DNA of 64,000 nucleotides from Candidatus Micrarchaeota archaeon (GTDB taxonomy: Archaea > Micrarchaeota > Micrarchaeia > Norongarragalinales > SBBD01): contig JAHJQN010000004.1 in assembly GCA_018819225.1 (NCBI GenBank), forward strand, positions 66,813 through 130,812, written 5' to 3'. This document shows positions 61,946 through 64,000 of this stretch, piece by piece. The translations under genes and the position numbers were made by a program. Every line of letters starts with the position of its first letter. Position 1 is the stretch's first letter. The notes beneath the pieces are model-generated. The model searched no databases. It worked only from the letters and a program-made list of their open reading frames with translations, and had not been told where the DNA came from.

Positions 61946-64000
61946 TTAGTCCAGGAAATCCTTCGCGGTAGGAACGATTTCTGAATCGCCTTTGCGCTTA
62001 CGGATTTGTTGCACAATCTTGGATTGCAAATCACGCGGCAATTTCTCATACCCCGCGTACTCGTAATACCAAACCGCCCGCCCTTGAGTTGCTCCGCGAA
62101 TCTCATTGGCAAATCCAAACATTTCGGAAACAGGTACTTTGGCTACCACGGCAACGGCCTCGCCCTCCTGTTCAATATTCGTGACCTGACCGCGACGACC
62201 TTGAACCTTCAAGGTAATATTGCTCAAGTATTCGGCTGGAGCATTAACAAAGAGGTTTTGCTTGGGTTCCATGAGCACGCAATTGGCATGCAACATGCCC
62301 GCGTAAATCGGGCGTTTAATGGCCGGGAATAACTGGGCGGGACCACGGTGGGCAGGATCCACGTGAATGGCGGCATCCGTCAACTTGACTTTCACGCCCA
62401 CGCACTTTTCTTTAGCGAGTGGTCCTTGCACCATGGCTTCCTGGAACGCGGTCACAATGGATTCTTGAATGTCTTTAAGATACTGAACGCCTTTCGTCAT
62501 GTCCAGGAATAAATTGCTATTGTGCATGGCAATCACGCTTCGCGCTTCATCGCGCGGCAGACCCGCCTCAATAAGCAATTTTTGAAGTTCCTTACCCTTT
62601 TTCTGAGACGTAATCGTTCCGTCGTTCATGGCATTCAAAACGCCTTCCTCCATGGGTTCCACCATCATCTTGAACTTGTTGTGCTTGTTCGGAGACTTGC
62701 CTTCCAAAATCGGGCCTTTTTCGAACAAGGTTTCATTGTAAACGACGATGGGGGGCGACGTGACGATATCCACTTTCTTTTCATTCCTGATTTTAAACTC
62801 GATGATTTCCAGATGAAGTTCGCCCATACCGGAAATCAAGTGTTCACCCGTGTCCTGATCGATTTCCACGCGCAACGTCGGATCCTCTTTCGCCAACTTT
62901 TTCAGCGAATCAATCAGCCGGACAAGATCCCGCGGATTCTTGGCCTCAATACTTTTAGTGACGACTGGAACGCTGTGGTGTTTGATTTCCTCAAACGGTA
63001 TTAATTCCCCTTCCGAAACGGTTTCACCGGAAAAGGCTTCCTTGAGTCCCACCAGCGCCACGATGTTTCCGGCTGGAACCTCATCAATCATGATGCGGTC
63101 TTGCCCCATGTATACGGCGACTTGTTGCAACTTTTCGTGTTTGAATTGGGAGGCCAAGTAAAGTTCCTGACTCTTGTGAAGGGTACCGGCATACAATCGA
63201 CCGACCGCGACCTCTCCGGCATGTGGATCCACTTGAATGGCCGTCACCATGAAACACGCTCTTCCGTTGGCGTCGCACGTCATCATCGCTTTACCCGATT
63301 CACTCTCCAGATCGCCTTTCCAAATAACGGGAATACGATACGTTTGAGCGGTCAACGGATTCGGTAAATGTTGAATCACCACATCCATGAGGACTTCTCC
63401 AATGGGAAGTTTTTTCTCCAATTCCTTGTGGTTTTCATCCGCACAGGCTTGATAAATGTCTTTAAAGGTCATACCGGACTTTTTCATTTGCTTGCCGGAA
63501 ACCGCCCATTTATGAAACGCGGTTCCGAAGACGACGTTGCCCTTCATGACCTCGATTTGCCATACCTCTTTGAATTCCTCAGACGCATAATCTTTGATTA
63601 ACTTGTTAACGCCCATAATCACTTTCATGAATTTGTCCTGCATGCCTTTCGAGTCCAGCTTCAATTCGTTGATCAAGCGATCAATCTTGTTGATAAATAG
63701 AACGGGTTTCACTTTTTCCTTTAATGCCTGCCGTAACACGGTTTCCGTCTGAGGCATAATGCCTTCGACGGCATCAATAACGAGGACGACGCCATCCACC
63801 GCTCGCATCGCGCGCGTCACATGACCTCCGAAATCCACGTGACCCGGAGTATCAATCAAATTAATGAGATAGTCTTGCCCCTCATACGCATACGGAATGG
63901 AAACGTTAGCGGACTTGATCGTAATACCGCGCGCCTGCTCTTGTTGATCATAATCCAAGGCGCGTTGTTCGCCGGCCAGCTCGGTTGAAATCATCCCGGC
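61946..64000 (-). CDS. fusA: Elongation factor 2 (aEF-2), 5'-truncated at the window edge
   Basis: The GTPase G3/G4 region (NLIDTPGHVDF, NKIDR), domains II-V and the diphthamide-loop region are present. The frame stays open to position 64000, so the N-terminus (GKTTL P-loop) lies beyond the window. Confidence 0.9.
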   Translation of the reverse strand, partial: AGMISTELAGEQRALDYDQQEQARGITIKSANVSIPYAYEGQDYLINLIDTPGHVDFGGHVTRAMRAVDGVVLVIDAVEGIMPQTETVLRQALKEKVKPVLFINKIDRLINELKLDSKGMQDKFMKVIMGVNKLIKDYASEEFKEVWQIEVMKGNVVFGTAFHKWAVSGKQMKKSGMTFKDIYQACADENHKELEKKLPIGEVLMDVVIQHLPNPLTAQTYRIPVIWKGDLESESGKAMMTCDANGRACFMVTAIQVDPHAGEVAVGRLYAGTLHKSQELYLASQFKHEKLQQVAVYMGQDRIMIDEVPAGNIVALVGLKEAFSGETVSEGELIPFEEIKHHSVPVVTKSIEAKNPRDLVRLIDSLKKLAKEDPTLRVEIDQDTGEHLISGMGELHLEIIEFKIRNEKKVDIVTSPPIVVYNETLFEKGPILEGKSPNKHNKFKMMVEPMEEGVLNAMNDGTITSQKKGKELQKLLIEAGLPRDEARSVIAMHNSNLFLDMTKGVQYLKDIQESIVTAFQEAMVQGPLAKEKCVGVKVKLTDAAIHVDPAHRGPAQLFPAIKRPIYAGMLHANCVLMEPKQNLFVNAPAEYLSNITLKVQGRRGQVTNIEQEGEAVAVVAKVPVSEMFGFANEIRGATQGRAVWYYEYAGYEKLPRDLQSKIVQQIRKRKGDSEIVPTAKDFLD

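Noticed and set aside
1-64000. Scan for CRISPR arrays, rRNA genes and other ncRNA
   Set aside because: There are no regularly spaced short direct repeats with spacers. There are no rRNA-like conserved segments and no obvious RNase P or SRP RNA. The only repeated short motifs are the att-like repeats and the GTTC-N10-GAAC inverted repeat reported above.

Overview
This 64 kb window is an archaeal chromosome segment. The evidence is an archaeal-type ribosomal-protein operon (RpoP, uL3, uL4, uL23, uL2, uS19, uL22, uS3, uL29, aSUI1), aEF-2, archaeal NMNAT, a TrmB regulator, and two intron-containing tRNAs. I call about 70 protein genes and 3 tRNA genes; I found no rRNA and no CRISPR array.

Most of the window is housekeeping. 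This includes class II LysRS, two ABC transporter operons, a P-type cation ATPase, ITPase, NMNAT, TsaC/Sua5, Csl4 and ThpR/LigT.

Four loci look accessory or unusual:
- 28.37-31.33 kb: a small AT-rich integrated element carrying a tyrosine integrase. It is bounded by direct repeats of the 3' end of an intron-containing tRNA-Ser(CGA).
- 21.1-27.9 kb and 36.3-39.2 kb: three giant PQQ-propeller/Ig-like surface proteins. They share a Cys-containing C-terminal domain followed by a VPXXXP-type sorting tail. Four paralogous GT-C/YfhO-like polytopic membrane proteins lie nearby.
- 35.9-36.3 kb: a tRNA-Arg(CCG) with an unusually long intron of about 108 nt, next to a 21-bp duplication of the tRNA 3' end.
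- 43.5-50.9 kb: a dense one-strand array of uncharacterised paralog families. It holds three GNAT acetyltransferases, three small CxxGx(R/S)S proteins, two HPH-motif proteins (one of them frameshifted), a SAM methyltransferase and a 551-aa protein. Just upstream are three genes that each carry the same GTTC-N10-GAAC inverted repeat in front of the start codon. This array is my best candidate for an undescribed system.

All functional calls come from motif recognition by eye. I could run no database searches.
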